Shown: positions 29,601-39,105, counted from the first letter of the stretch. The stretch is DNA of 60,767 nt from a virus (IMGVR_UViG_3300033993_001964:1-60767), one strand, 5' to 3'. The notes: generated by a model from the letters alone, not told the origin. Translations and numbers: made by a program.

Positions 29601-30686
29601 TTCGGGTTGCGATAGGAACGCAAGCGACGATGGCAGCGCTGAGACGGTCGCTGTTCGCGAATACTGAACAAGACCAAGTGCGGAAACGGCGGCGCGGTAT
29701 TGCGTGCCAGTCGAGGCCGATGAGGGCACGAAGGAATAAGTGGCCTGTGTGGCATTGCTGACAGACGACCAATCCACAGTGGAGTCAGGTCGCGATTGCC
29801 ACTGGTACGAAACAGCGGACGACCCTGCGGTGGCCGACACGGCGAGCGTCACCAACTGACCGACCGTAACGGAGATGTCCGGCGGCTGGGCAGTAATCAC
29901 GATGGCGGGAAGACGAAGGGTGGCAGGGAGCGAGTACACCGTCTCAGTGCCTGCCATAGCCTTGAGCCGGTACTTCCGACCGTCATCCGCACCCGACAGT
30001 CCGGATAGGGCGAGAGACGTGCCGGTAGCGCCAGCCACGTCACCCCACGAAGTGCCGCTGTCGGAGGAGGACTGCCACTGATACGAGATGGCACCGGATC
30101 CGCCGATAGCCTTTGACACGAACAGTGCCGAGCCGTCAGTAGACGTGGCGTCTCCCGGATCAAACGAGATGGTCAGAGGCGTCGTCCCGACGGTTGTGCT
30201 GCTGATCGTGATCGTCCGAGCAACGGGATCAAGCGCCGCCGTGACGTTAGAGCCCGCCTTGATGGACGCACTGATTTGAGCGAACACCGCCGCCGAGAAG
30301 TCATTGATCTCGGCGGTTGAGTGCCGGTGGGAGCCGCCCACCAAAGCACCAGTCACAGTGAGCGACCCACCTACTGTTGCGTCTCCAGTGGTGGAGACTG
30401 ACTGAAAGGAGGGTGCGGTCGGCAGTGAGTGCGTGTGGTCAGCCCGTGCAGCCAGCGTGCTAGTTCCGACAGCCCCAGTCCCGGCAGCAGGCGGAGTTGT
30501 TGTGCCTAATGCAACACCTGACGAGTACGGCAGGGTCGCCCAGTTGCGGACGCCGTCTCCGTACTTGATCTTGCCGGTGTCGAGCTCGAGGCCCGGCTCA
30601 CCAGCAGCCAGAACGGGATTGGACGCCGACCAGTTGGCCGCCGAATCCTGACGAACACGAAATCGCACTAAGGCCTGAGTTGGCAT
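26661..30686 (-). CDS. Fibre/adhesin: Mtd_N-like N-terminus, about 9 Ig-like repeats, BNR/Asp-box C-terminus
   Basis: RQDSAANWSASNPVLAAGEPGLELDTGKIKYGDG; repeated ITxQP...YQWQ...W.NISGAT...YR...S..ATL; RSTDGGNTW and RSFDGGLTW. Confidence 0.85.
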   Translation of the reverse strand: MPTQALVRFRVRQDSAANWSASNPVLAAGEPGLELDTGKIKYGDGVRNWATLPYSSGVALGTTTPPAAGTGAVGTSTLAARADHTHSLPTAPSFQSVSTTGDATVGGSLTVTGALVGGSHRHSTAEINDFSAAVFAQISASIKAGSNVTAALDPVARTITISSTTVGTTPLTISFDPGDATSTDGSALFVSKAIGGSGAISYQWQSSSDSGTSWGDVAGATGTSLALSGLSGADDGRKYRLKAMAGTETVYSLPATLRLPAIVITAQPPDISVTVGQLVTLAVSATAGSSAVSYQWQSRPDSTVDWSSVSNATQATYSFVPSSASTGTQYRAAVSALGLVQYSRTATVSALPSSLAFLSQPEDATSSGGAADFSASASGGTGAIAYRWQKANATGDFADIADGTSGASGQATILLSLTGLGSSNHLSRYRLKATDSTGFVAYSASATLETLTLVITTQPSDVSAANGATLASSAFSVAGTAGGTITYQWQKSTDAGATWTNISGATSATYGSITVNYSGGTHNDGNLFRCGLSYSGQTIYSNAAALSVAPAALTISAHPDDATSNNGAASFSLTYSGGPSGDATVSWQWRPAGSGADGWTPIAGSATTSSTTTRSYSFSGLQAFLGLSATGYDGARVRGVVTKGAASVFTNPATLTVPGVGLSGSLPADATATTGSASFTTVYSLTSCSSSASIQWQYKAPADSSWTNISGATSATYSISSGLTSAYNNYKYRAVVSACNVTAYSREATLTVIPPPLVISTQPLDVSTASTTATLTFAYSGGDGSTASIKWERQVAGLSGSTWTTVSGATQTSLVISGLTSQLSGSQYRATVTVGTQTATTRSAVLTVGGATITLNPSDARAVNGSASFSFDFSSTGCGSPSISWESRPPSNTAWGPVAGATGKLLSLVGLTSARSGWLYRASVTCSDVTLYTSEATLTVPSYQFFTSQPASQSVVAGATVTMAYQGIFSASAYPARWQMRRIGSAEWSYYTRQGESEQSISFTAVAGFHHNTEWRVEISFPGDNLYSNVATLTVDKATSIKVVNSLSNDADLIGIAYARGAYVALPSDQTNVARRSTDGGNTWSISWLPATRYWDGIVATSQGVLIAYSSGDSGTWWPTREFKNSTAIYSWRVDQPESSALVARSFDGGLTWDTAVPPFFMGSMVRMWSFPWNNVLIATYRDRSSTTIPAANQGTWQSAQYGEFVGKRFGRHYIAYNYNNGSGDSWARYELPASARESLVSVEDTACPAITSMAMSPTGLLVCTSRYQGFSYKAAGDGSGLTSPGGITGAYERKGFLLYRDLSAGLGALQIADTTTTGVSGGASLRTITRTIIDTRRPRV

Positions 30687-30689
30687 TCG

Positions 30690-31022
30690 CTAGCTCTTTA
30701 CGCAGAGGCGGATGGTGGCGGTGCCCGAGTTGGCGACGCCGACAATGAACTGACAGCCGTACAGCGCATCCGGAAGCGGGTACGCCTTGCCGGTCGTGAT
30801 CGTGCTGGAGACGTCAGCCGATCCATCATTGAGCTGCGCTGGGGTGCCTTCCGGCCCAAACGCTGCGTACCAGCTCACCGACGTAGGAGATCCGGTGACG
30901 GCATCCACCACAAACACACCGCCAGCGGCTCCACCAAACGGGATCTTTGGGCTGGTGCTGGCCGATGCCGTCAGCGTGTAGGTGTTGGTGATCGCCGAGA
31001 CTCGCTCAATCTGCCTGCCCAT
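30690..31022 (-). CDS. Small beta-rich virion protein
   Basis: MGRQIERV..., TAATG coupling with the upstream gene. Confidence 0.65.
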   Translation of the reverse strand: MGRQIERVSAITNTYTLTASASTSPKIPFGGAAGGVFVVDAVTGSPTSVSWYAAFGPEGTPAQLNDGSADVSSTITTGKAYPLPDALYGCQFIVGVANSGTATIRLCVKS

Positions 31023-31564
31023 TATTTCTTCCTTTTCCAGCGGGGTACGATCCGGTCCTTGACTCGCTCGATTGCGTCGCCCTTCTTGAGGGTCGGGTTG
31101 GACAGCATTTCCTTCCGGACGTTCTCCCGGAGGATGTCTGGCGCGATGTCGACGCTCTTGCGTGGCGGCTTCTCCGGAGGCGTGTGCTCCACGATCCCGG
31201 TGACGTGGAGGTCGCGCTGCTGCGCTACCCTCTTTATGTCTGCCACGCTGTCGATCCACGCGGCCGGATCGCGGTGGGCCCGCTTGTCAGCCAGCCCTCC
31301 CATGTAGAATTTCCCGGCCACATTGATGCCGGAGGCCTTAGCCTCTCGGATCATCCGCCTGGCCAGCGGGGCAGGCATGCTGTCAAAGAACTGGCTGTTT
31401 AGGCGCCCCTCCATAAAGGAGCGGTCGGTGCCTCGAGTTCCAGGAGCCACCTGGAGGGCGCACATCTCGGCAAAGCGCGGATTCTGCCCATCAGCCACCA
31501 TCTTGCGGTAGTGGTCCTGAGCGTCCTTGCTGGCTGATTGCAGGTCAAAAGGCAGGTCGTTCAT
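31022..31564 (-). CDS. Hypothetical phage protein downstream of portal
   Basis: Coupled at both ends (ATGA, TAATG). Confidence 0.7.
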   Translation of the reverse strand: MNDLPFDLQSASKDAQDHYRKMVADGQNPRFAEMCALQVAPGTRGTDRSFMEGRLNSQFFDSMPAPLARRMIREAKASGINVAGKFYMGGLADKRAHRDPAAWIDSVADIKRVAQQRDLHVTGIVEHTPPEKPPRKSVDIAPDILRENVRKEMLSNPTLKKGDAIERVKDRIVPRWKRKK

Positions 31565-33615
31565 GCTTGCGGCATCATCTCTACGGGGATCTGCGGGCCA
31601 TCTGACGGCGGCGGCATGGCAGCGTCCGGCGGAGCGCCTTCTGGCGGCATGGCCTCAGGCGGCGCGCCAGGCCCCTCAGGCGGCATTCCCGGAGGCGCCA
31701 TTGGTGGCGGGGGTGGCGGCTGGGGAACCAGGTAAGGCGTGGCGTCCAGGTCGAGCGAGTCCGCCCAGTCGGTGATTAGCGCATTGAAAGGATCCACTAC
31801 CCCAGCACCGATCAGGCCGCTGAGTACAGGACCAAGATTCTGCAGAGCTGCCGACATCTGCTCAGCCCTCGTGGCCTTGTTCGGCTTGCGGGCGCTACCA
31901 GACTCGATCCTGTAGTCGTACTCACGAGCGATCTGGATGGGCTCCTGCGGCATGACGTGCGCCTGCCACGCCATAGCGCCAAGAGGCCCAACGATCGGGG
32001 CCACGTCCTCAGCTGTCAGCAACCACCTGGCGGCCATCGCCTCTTTGCGGGCGATGTTCGTCATGCTGTTCTCGACGCACTCCGCCATGTCGTCCGGGCG
32101 GATGCTGATCTGCTCGCTGCGGACGCTAGCCTCTGTGGCTGACCTGATCTGTGTATTGGTCATGCCGTACACGAGCTCAGTCAGGCCGAGACGCTTCTCG
32201 AGCATGGTCGTGACGGCGTCGATGACCTGCCAGATCTCGTTGGTGGCGTTGGGTAGCTGGAACACGGAGATTACGTCGCTGACGCTGCGGCCGAGAATCT
32301 CGCTCAGCTCTACGATCTTGAAGCCGCCCTGCGACTGGGACAGGATCTGGTCCTTGATGTCCTGGTCGGCGGCCTTGCTGACGCCAATGATCGTTTCGCA
32401 GCTGACGGCCACGCGCTGCGCCAAGAACGAAAACGCCCAGCACAGGAACCGCAGCTCTGGGATGCCTGGCTTAATGTGACTGATCGGCCAGACGTAGTTG
32501 GGCTTGCGGTGGAACGACAGCATCTCGAACGGCCAGCCAGCCGACTCAGCCCAGAACGGGATCGGCCATTGCACGGCACGGAACAGAGACTGCGGCAGGC
32601 CGGTCTGCTCGTCTACCTGCTCCTCTAGGATCGCCGGCGGTGCATTGAGTGGGTAAGGCACGCCGTCCGCCACGACGATGTATGCGTTTTCGCCGATGGC
32701 GTCGAATGACCCTCGCTGATCCTTCGGGGATCCCTTGAGTCGGTCCCCGAAGCCGGTCTTAGACCAGATCTTCCAGTAGGTGATCAGGTCGTTTGTGCGC
32801 CCTACCTGCCGGAGCCCACGCTTGCCCTCATCCGCGAAGCGGTGGCCGAAGTTGGGGTCGTCTGCCCTGATCGACTCCTTGCCCTCGAGGTTCTTGCGGA
32901 GCTCTTCGGCGTCGATGCCGTATTGCTTGGCTACCACGTCGATCGGGTGCACGCAGCGCCGGGCGCACCACATGATGTCCTCGATCTCTGTGGCGTCCGG
33001 GTCCAGCACCAGGTTGTCGACGCTGTCCGCAAAGCTGCCGACGGCCCGCATGCCAGAGCCAGGATCCTGGACGAGCTCCGTCCACCAGATACCGGCGCCC
33101 TTGATGATCGCCTCGTCCACGACTCGGCGGCTGTGCACCTTGAGGTTCAACTCGCCAGGCGTGTAGTTCAAGTACGCCGACATCAGCTTGGACACCACGC
33201 CCCTGATGCTGTCGCGAAGCCCGGCCTCCATCATGATCTGGTCGTACTGCTGGGCCATCATCGGGTCGTTCACGTCCACGCCGAGAGCCTCTGGCGGTAT
33301 GGACGGGAACTTCTTTGGCGTCACCTCGCGCACCGGGTTGCGGTGGTAGATGACGCTGGCAAACAGCTTGACGGCCTCGAACACCCGGTTGATCTGCATC
33401 CGGAATCCGGGAGGCGAGATCGAGCGGTTGTAGCCAAACTCGTTCCTGGAGTACTCGTCCTTCCAGAACCAGTTGTGCGGACCGTCGAAGAAGTCCATTG
33501 CCTCGCGAGCGTCGTCCGTGAACGGACGCTTGTGCTTGAGGCCGAGCTCGATCTTCCGGAGCCAGCTCCCTGAGATCGCCTTGAGGACGTCTTCTCCAGT
33601 GTCGTTCTCGGCCAT
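31561..33615 (-). CDS. Portal protein
   Basis: 684 aa; early AREAMDFF.G, INRVF, NPVREVTP, VVDEAIIKGAGI, SATEA, IESGSARKP and Pro-rich tail, typical of podoviral portals; follows terminase. Confidence 0.8.
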   Translation of the reverse strand: MAENDTGEDVLKAISGSWLRKIELGLKHKRPFTDDAREAMDFFDGPHNWFWKDEYSRNEFGYNRSISPPGFRMQINRVFEAVKLFASVIYHRNPVREVTPKKFPSIPPEALGVDVNDPMMAQQYDQIMMEAGLRDSIRGVVSKLMSAYLNYTPGELNLKVHSRRVVDEAIIKGAGIWWTELVQDPGSGMRAVGSFADSVDNLVLDPDATEIEDIMWCARRCVHPIDVVAKQYGIDAEELRKNLEGKESIRADDPNFGHRFADEGKRGLRQVGRTNDLITYWKIWSKTGFGDRLKGSPKDQRGSFDAIGENAYIVVADGVPYPLNAPPAILEEQVDEQTGLPQSLFRAVQWPIPFWAESAGWPFEMLSFHRKPNYVWPISHIKPGIPELRFLCWAFSFLAQRVAVSCETIIGVSKAADQDIKDQILSQSQGGFKIVELSEILGRSVSDVISVFQLPNATNEIWQVIDAVTTMLEKRLGLTELVYGMTNTQIRSATEASVRSEQISIRPDDMAECVENSMTNIARKEAMAARWLLTAEDVAPIVGPLGAMAWQAHVMPQEPIQIAREYDYRIESGSARKPNKATRAEQMSAALQNLGPVLSGLIGAGVVDPFNALITDWADSLDLDATPYLVPQPPPPPPMAPPGMPPEGPGAPPEAMPPEGAPPDAAMPPPSDGPQIPVEMMPQA

Positions 33616-33618
33616 CTA

Positions 33619-33951
33619 CTACCCCTTGTTTACCTTGCTCCGCTCGTGGGCAATGGCGACCGTCGAAGCCGCAGACACAGCCCTCTGCATGTCTTTATGG
33701 GCCGGACTGAAGTCCCAGCAGCCCCAAGATCTCCAGGCCGGGTTCTCGAGCAGGCCGGGATCGTCCTTGTGGCGAACGCTGGCCTTCTCCATAAAGCCCA
33801 CATCAGGCGTAAAAACCAGGATATTTACGGTGTATTCGCCCGGAGTGCGGCTGATCCAGCCGACCAGCGGATTGGTCTGGGTGACGGTGTCGGCGTACCA
33901 ATAAACCTGGTCGCCAAGACGGGCGCCGTGCTGCTTGCTCTCACTGGCCAT
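33619..33951 (-). CDS. Small hypothetical protein between terminase and portal
   Basis: ATG 33951 after AGGAG; LGDQVYWY...WGCWDF. Confidence 0.65.
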   Translation of the reverse strand: MASESKQHGARLGDQVYWYADTVTQTNPLVGWISRTPGEYTVNILVFTPDVGFMEKASVRHKDDPGLLENPAWRSWGCWDFSPAHKDMQRAVSAASTVAIAHERSKVNKG

Positions 33952-35635
33952 CGGAGTCTCCTGTGCGCGGGCCCAGATAGATGAATCCGTCGCCGCCGGC
34001 CCGCTTTTTTCGGCGCTTGACCCACTCAACGTACCAAGGCTCATCCTTGATCACGACCTTAGGTTTGTGGTACTTCGGCCTGTATGCGCAGAGGTACTCG
34101 AGGCACTGGCAGGCGTGCACTTCTCCGCGCGTGTTAGGCACGTCAGTGACGATGTAGGTGCCGGCCATGTAGTTGACCTTCTTCTTGTAGCGCTTCAGCT
34201 CGCGCTCCAGGTCAGGCACTGCGCCCCTAAGCAGCCTCAGGGTTGGCGTCCCGCACGGACGTATGTGCATGTAGGTCTGGGTGGCCGACATGCGCGCCGG
34301 AATGTCATCACAGCCAGCAAGAAAACTAGACCCGGTCACCTCGCTAGTTATTGACCGATTCCGCAGCTGTTCGGTGTATTGCTCCACAGGCAGCCGGCCA
34401 GAGCCGATGTCCCGCAGTCGACCGCCGTGCATGTCGATGATGAAGGCGTGGAATGCCTGGCCTCTGGCCTTTTCCGCAAACTTCTCGCCAAAGATCACGG
34501 CATTGCACTGGCGGATGTACAGCTGGTCGTATACCAGGAGCATGGACTCGTCTGGCGGGACGGCCGCAAACAGCACGGACGTGACGGCGTGTCCAGGGTC
34601 AATGACTGCGTATCTTGTCCAGTCATCCGGAACTACGTTCTTTGGCAGATCCGCCCTCTCGTAGCCGTGCACCGTCATCGTGAAGCTGGGGTAGCAAAGG
34701 ATCGAGTCGGTGACGAACTCGCCCTCGCTGCGCATCCTGAGCACGTCCTCGCCCAGCGCCGCCCAGCGCTCGAGGTTCTTGCGCTTTTCGTCTGGGTCGA
34801 TGTGAGGGTTGTCCAGGAACCTCAGGACGAACTTAACAATGTCTGGCTTCTCCTTGCCGGCCAGCAGCTCGTTGTCGGCGCGCTCCGACAATCCGGCCAA
34901 AGAGTCGTTCTTGGAATGGGGCATGGCCGACCAGCACAGGCAGCCTTTACGGTCAGCAAGCCTCGCCTGCATTTCGGGGAGCCATGCCTCAGAAGACAAG
35001 TCTTCGTCGATGTGTACCCTATCTGCCTGAAAGCCCTGCGGCGGCTCGCCCTCTGAGCTGAAGAAGTAGATCGTCCAGCCGTTGGTCAGCTCGCAGGACT
35101 GGATGTACCTGGCGCTCTTGAGCAGCCAGGAGATCTTCTTGATCATTCGAGGAGGGATCATCGGCGGCGCTGGCTTGGCCTGTGCCGACCGCTCTACGTC
35201 GCCCAGCAGTGCAGGGTTGTAGGCGCGCCACTGCCCTGTGGTCCGGTCCTTGATGATCTTGAATGCGCCAGCACGAAACAGCATGGGGTATACCACCATG
35301 CCGATGTGCTTCCAGTCCCGGCCCACAATCACAAGGTTCCCGTCCTTGAGCGGGTACTTGTTGTGGGGATCCTGCCCGGTTACGGCTCGGGCGTCCTCAA
35401 TAAACGTGGACAGGGACTTCCCCGACCGATTGCCACCGAGAACAACTATTTCACTTGCCTTGCACGCGTGCATCTCCGCCTGGTTCGGCGTCGGGCTGTA
35501 CAGCTTTAGCGCCTCGATTCTTCGGTCGGCGAGCTCGGCCTGGATCTCCTTCAGCTGGTCCGCCTGGAACCCGCTCATCCGTGAGACCGACGGCAGGGGC
35601 GGTGGCGCCTGCGGCTTCTTCCGTGAACGTCCCAT
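33941..35635 (-). CDS. terL: Terminase large subunit
   Basis: YSPTPNQ, VLGGNRSGKS Walker A, VHIDE Walker B, FLDNPHI, AVIDPG RNase H-like nuclease, HACQCLEY. Confidence 0.9.
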   Translation of the reverse strand: MGRSRKKPQAPPPLPSVSRMSGFQADQLKEIQAELADRRIEALKLYSPTPNQAEMHACKASEIVVLGGNRSGKSLSTFIEDARAVTGQDPHNKYPLKDGNLVIVGRDWKHIGMVVYPMLFRAGAFKIIKDRTTGQWRAYNPALLGDVERSAQAKPAPPMIPPRMIKKISWLLKSARYIQSCELTNGWTIYFFSSEGEPPQGFQADRVHIDEDLSSEAWLPEMQARLADRKGCLCWSAMPHSKNDSLAGLSERADNELLAGKEKPDIVKFVLRFLDNPHIDPDEKRKNLERWAALGEDVLRMRSEGEFVTDSILCYPSFTMTVHGYERADLPKNVVPDDWTRYAVIDPGHAVTSVLFAAVPPDESMLLVYDQLYIRQCNAVIFGEKFAEKARGQAFHAFIIDMHGGRLRDIGSGRLPVEQYTEQLRNRSITSEVTGSSFLAGCDDIPARMSATQTYMHIRPCGTPTLRLLRGAVPDLERELKRYKKKVNYMAGTYIVTDVPNTRGEVHACQCLEYLCAYRPKYHKPKVVIKDEPWYVEWVKRRKKRAGGDGFIYLGPRTGDSDGQ

Positions 35636-36131
35636 CTACGATCCTCCCTTGATACTGAACGGCAATGACCTTGAGCCGGGCGTCCAGCTCGGACTCCAGC
35701 TCGTCGTCAGACCACTGCCCAAGCGGCTTCTTTGCCCCTCCCTGCTCTGTGTTCTTCACGACCAGGCGAAGGATGGCCTCGAGCATCTTGGCCCTCTGGG
35801 AGCTTCCTGGAGGGCTGTCGAAGTACTGCTTGACTAGTAGCGACGAGAACCCCGACACGCCGCCGAAGTACTCCATGACACGCTCAAGAACCTCGCAGCT
35901 GTGCGGGATGTTTTGCCCGCCTGCGATGGCATTGGCCGTGAACGCCGTAATGGCTCCGGCCTCGATGTCGTGCATCGTCTTGGTGCGCTCGGCCTTGCGC
36001 TTAGCAGACTTCTTTTCTTTGCGGCAGGAAGCGCAGCGTGCGCTGGTTTTTCCAGATTCCTGAAGCTGGAAAGCCTCAGCCGGATAGGCCTTTCCGCAAT
36101 CGTGGCACACGCCGCTTGTGGTAGCGCACAT
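35451..36131 (-). CDS. Putative terminase small subunit / Zn-ribbon protein
   Basis: N-terminal CxxC...CxxC; LGQWSDDELESEL motif common in TerS C-termini; directly upstream of and overlapping terL. Confidence 0.5.
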   Translation of the reverse strand: MCATTSGVCHDCGKAYPAEAFQLQESGKTSARCASCRKEKKSAKRKAERTKTMHDIEAGAITAFTANAIAGGQNIPHSCEVLERVMEYFGGVSGFSSLLVKQYFDSPPGSSQRAKMLEAILRLVVKNTEQGGAKKPLGQWSDDELESELDARLKVIAVQYQGRIVDGTFTEEAAGATAPAVGLTDERVPGGPAEGDPGRARRPKNRGAKAVQPDAEPGGDARVQGK

Positions 36132-36175
36132 TTGTTCAGTCCCTCAGGACTATTGTAGCGCCGCTGCTAACGAGA

Positions 36176-36209
36176 CGGGGCGCATGGGAAACTCGCCCCA
36201 TGCGCCCCG
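36176..36209 (-). terminator. 13-bp stem-loop after the capsid genes
   Basis: CGGGGCGCATGGG / CCCATGCGCCCCG perfect inverted repeat just downstream of 36236; weak U tract. Confidence 0.6.
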
Positions 36210-36235
36210 CTTTCGAACCATGCTTGCGCTACTGC

Positions 36236-36769
36236 TTAGTAGCCTTCGACCGTCCGCACCAGGATCCGGCTGCTCGTGGTGTTGCTGGTCTCAAGCGCAT
36301 AACCGAGCAGCGGGTTCGTGCTGACGGCGGCGGCAGAGCCAGCGGTTGCAGACAGACCAAAACCACCGCCAGCAGCAACCGACGTCGACGTCTTGGTTAC
36401 GGTCGCAGGGCCACTAACAACCAGCCAGAACACTTCGCCGTTGGCCACGCCGGCCGCCGGGAGATACTCGTCGACGATGCCCATTCGCAGGCTGGAGGTG
36501 GTTGCCAAGCCGTCCACCTCAGTCAGAGAACCGTCCTTAAACTTTGCCACCGCTCCGGGCAGCAGGGCGCTGCCGCTCGAGTTCTTTACGGCCACGCAGC
36601 TGACCGTGCGGTTCGAGTTCAGCTTGCCGGTCGCCGGAGTCGTGTCGAGGAATTCCTTGAAGGCGCCGGTGACGTGCGAGCCGTCACCGTTCTCGGCGTC
36701 GTAGGCCTTCCAGAGAATGCCAAGAACCGAACCACGTGCGAATCCAGGATCAGCAGTCAGAGTGCTCAT
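36236..36769 (-). CDS. Capsid decoration/cement-like protein
   Basis: Directly after the major capsid gene; Gly/Ala/Val beta-rich (GIVDEYLPAAGV..GEVFWLVVSGP). Confidence 0.6.
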   Translation of the reverse strand: MSTLTADPGFARGSVLGILWKAYDAENGDGSHVTGAFKEFLDTTPATGKLNSNRTVSCVAVKNSSGSALLPGAVAKFKDGSLTEVDGLATTSSLRMGIVDEYLPAAGVANGEVFWLVVSGPATVTKTSTSVAAGGGFGLSATAGSAAAVSTNPLLGYALETSNTTSSRILVRTVEGY

Positions 36770-36787
36770 GAGTTCCTTTCCTTAAGA

Positions 36788-37939
36788 TCAGGCGATAGCC
36801 GCGAACTTGATGAAGTTGCGCGGGCTCTTCATCTTGATGTTTGCCAAGACCGACACCGCGTACCGGTGGCTTTGGAGCTCCTCGTTGTAGAAGGGCCCTT
36901 CAGCCGTCATGAGCTGGCCTTCCATGCACTTCAGCTCCATGTTCCCGATCGAGAGGCCGTAGCCGACACCCGGAGGAACAGCATATTCAGTCGAAACCTC
37001 GATTCCGTCGAGCTCCACGACGTCCCCGAATCCGTAGCTGCGGAGGCCGTTGCTCTTCGAGACGATGGCTCGCTCGCGGGCATCGAGCCGGTTGAGGAAC
37101 TGGATGTAGAGCGCACGATCCAGGAGGATCATGTCGATCTGGTTTTCCTTCGTGTCATTCCGCTTTGCGTGGTTGACCGCCTCGCGGATGGCCTCGACGC
37201 AGTTGCCCTGCCACGAAGCAGCCAGACTCGTGCCGGTCGAACCAGCAAAGTAGGTGCTCGTGTAGTTGCAGATGATCGGCGAGTAGTAGTCATACTCAGG
37301 ATCAGCTGGCACAAGCGGCCACGAGTTCTTCGACGGCGTCGGCGAGACAGGCTTGAGCGAGCCGGCCAGGTAGCCAAGATTGGTGTCCAGGCCAGCGTAC
37401 ACGTCCGACGGGAAGGCGAACGGGTCGGCGGCGTTAGCTGTGCGCTTGGCGCCGCTGCCCACGTTGATCGTCCCGTCGTAACCAAAGATCGACTCGAGTC
37501 CGTGAAACCGGTTCTCGTTGCCGGTCGCATTGCCGTCGACGTAGACCTCGCTCGACAGGTACTGCTCCATCGACTCCTGAAGGCGGCTCGCCATCTTGCC
37601 GGCCACGTCGATGAGAGCCTGAGCACCACGATTTTCCAGCATCTCCCGCTTGCTTACCATGTCCGTGACGCTGTAGCCACGATAGGGGAGGTTGGCACGC
37701 TGCCACAGGTTGTGGCGAGCAAAGATGCGGGGCGACTCACCATTGTTCGAGGTCACAGGCTGGTTCTTAAAGCGAACCTGCCAGTCGAAACCTCGTCCGC
37801 CCTGGTTCATCGCGACCTTGCCGTTCGCTTCGAGAGCGGCGAAGACCTTGAACTTACGGAAGGTCGTCAGCTCCTCCTCCTTGAGGTGATTGACGAGAGT
37901 CGTCCCGATCGTACGTGCCCAGTCGGTGTTGCTGGCCAT
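36788..37939 (-). CDS. Major capsid protein
   Basis: 383 aa, strong AAAGG RBS, HK97-like features (GG..FDWQV, NRFHGLE, GFGDVVELDGIEVSTEYAVP, NIKMKSPR); follows scaffold-like gene. Confidence 0.8.
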   Translation of the reverse strand: MASNTDWARTIGTTLVNHLKEEELTTFRKFKVFAALEANGKVAMNQGGRGFDWQVRFKNQPVTSNNGESPRIFARHNLWQRANLPYRGYSVTDMVSKREMLENRGAQALIDVAGKMASRLQESMEQYLSSEVYVDGNATGNENRFHGLESIFGYDGTINVGSGAKRTANAADPFAFPSDVYAGLDTNLGYLAGSLKPVSPTPSKNSWPLVPADPEYDYYSPIICNYTSTYFAGSTGTSLAASWQGNCVEAIREAVNHAKRNDTKENQIDMILLDRALYIQFLNRLDARERAIVSKSNGLRSYGFGDVVELDGIEVSTEYAVPPGVGYGLSIGNMELKCMEGQLMTAEGPFYNEELQSHRYAVSVLANIKMKSPRNFIKFAAIA

Positions 37940-37949
37940 TTGCTGCCTT

Positions 37950-39065
37950 TCACTCGATGCCGTCGCGTCTCATTTGAGAGCGCAGGCGTTGTTCGAAGGT
38001 CATTGGTCCTTTGGGAATTCGAGGGTCCGTTGCCGGCTGTGACCGACTCGGGTTCCTGCTCGCTTCCCTTCTCAAATATTCTATGTCCTTCTCTGCTTGA
38101 TTTTGTGCCGGCGGTGTTGCTGATGGCACAGCAGATGCAGTCGGCGCAGGTAGGCCGAGTTGCTGCGGAGCTGGCAAGCCTTGCGGCTGTGGCGCAGCGA
38201 ACTGCGGCGCTTGCTGTCGCGACTTCTGGATGTCCATCGCTTCGCGCAGCAGGTCGCGCTCGACCATGTCGCACGCGTACTGCCAACGACCCTGAGGAGT
38301 TGAGTAGCCGTTCTGCGCAGCCTGGTCGATGTACTTCTGGATCATCAAGCCTTCGCGCGTGGGCGTGGTTCCGTCTTTTTCGTAGAGCCAGTCGGAATTG
38401 TCTTTCTCCAGAGTGGAGACGTATCCGGCTTCGCCGACTTCGCGGAGCTGCTGCTCAACGATCTGCTTGGCACGCTCGGCGGCGACCTGCTCGACCATTG
38501 GGCCAATAGCGGCCTGCGGGTCGGAGAGGAACTTCTGGGCGAAGTCCGCGCGGTACTTCATGTACTCGTACAGTTCTTCGCGCGCCGACGGTGGTGCGTT
38601 CTGGTCGATTGTCTCGCGACCCTGCTCGTCCTTGACGATGAACCGCTTGTAGCTGTCGCGGAGCTGCGGGGGATTCCACCACTTGGACTGCTCTGGTTGC
38701 TGCGGCTGGGCGGGGGCCTGCTGCTGCGGCGCGGGCGTCTGCTGGCTCTTGAGGAACGCCTCAAATTGCGGGCGGTGAGTCAAGTACTCTTGGGCGTACG
38801 GGATGAGCTGCTGGTATTGCTGGAGAGCTTTTGTTGCTGCTTTCTCTCGCTCGAGAGAAGCGTAGAGCCTCCCAGCAATTTGACGGTCGTCTTGCCCCTG
38901 GAAGTCAGGCAGAGCACGGAAGGAGGTCCAGATGGTCGGCTCGGCCTGCGCGGCCGGCGAAGTGGCTTGCGACGTCGCGGGCTCGCTTGCTTGCGATTCG
39001 CCGCCGACATCTTGCGTTACCTGTGATTCTGGGGCGTCGGACTCGAGAAGTGCTTCGTCGGACAT
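37950..39065 (-). CDS. Capsid scaffolding protein
   Basis: Acidic disordered N-terminus, helical middle, Gln/Pro-rich linker, basic C-terminal helix (TFEQRLRSQM); directly upstream of MCP. Confidence 0.65.
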   Translation of the reverse strand: MSDEALLESDAPESQVTQDVGGESQASEPATSQATSPAAQAEPTIWTSFRALPDFQGQDDRQIAGRLYASLEREKAATKALQQYQQLIPYAQEYLTHRPQFEAFLKSQQTPAPQQQAPAQPQQPEQSKWWNPPQLRDSYKRFIVKDEQGRETIDQNAPPSAREELYEYMKYRADFAQKFLSDPQAAIGPMVEQVAAERAKQIVEQQLREVGEAGYVSTLEKDNSDWLYEKDGTTPTREGLMIQKYIDQAAQNGYSTPQGRWQYACDMVERDLLREAMDIQKSRQQAPQFAAPQPQGLPAPQQLGLPAPTASAVPSATPPAQNQAEKDIEYLRREASRNPSRSQPATDPRIPKGPMTFEQRLRSQMRRDGIE

Positions 39066-39105
39066 GCGACTCTCCGCAGGTTTGTGTGCTGGACCTGCGA
39101 AATAG

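Noticed and set aside
26661-30686. Diversity-generating retroelement suggested by the Mtd_N-like domain
   Set aside because: No reverse transcriptase and no TR/VR pair seen in the window
36200-38509. 769 aa plus-strand ORF
   Set aside because: Antisense shadow of the MCP and scaffold genes in GC-rich DNA; no motifs
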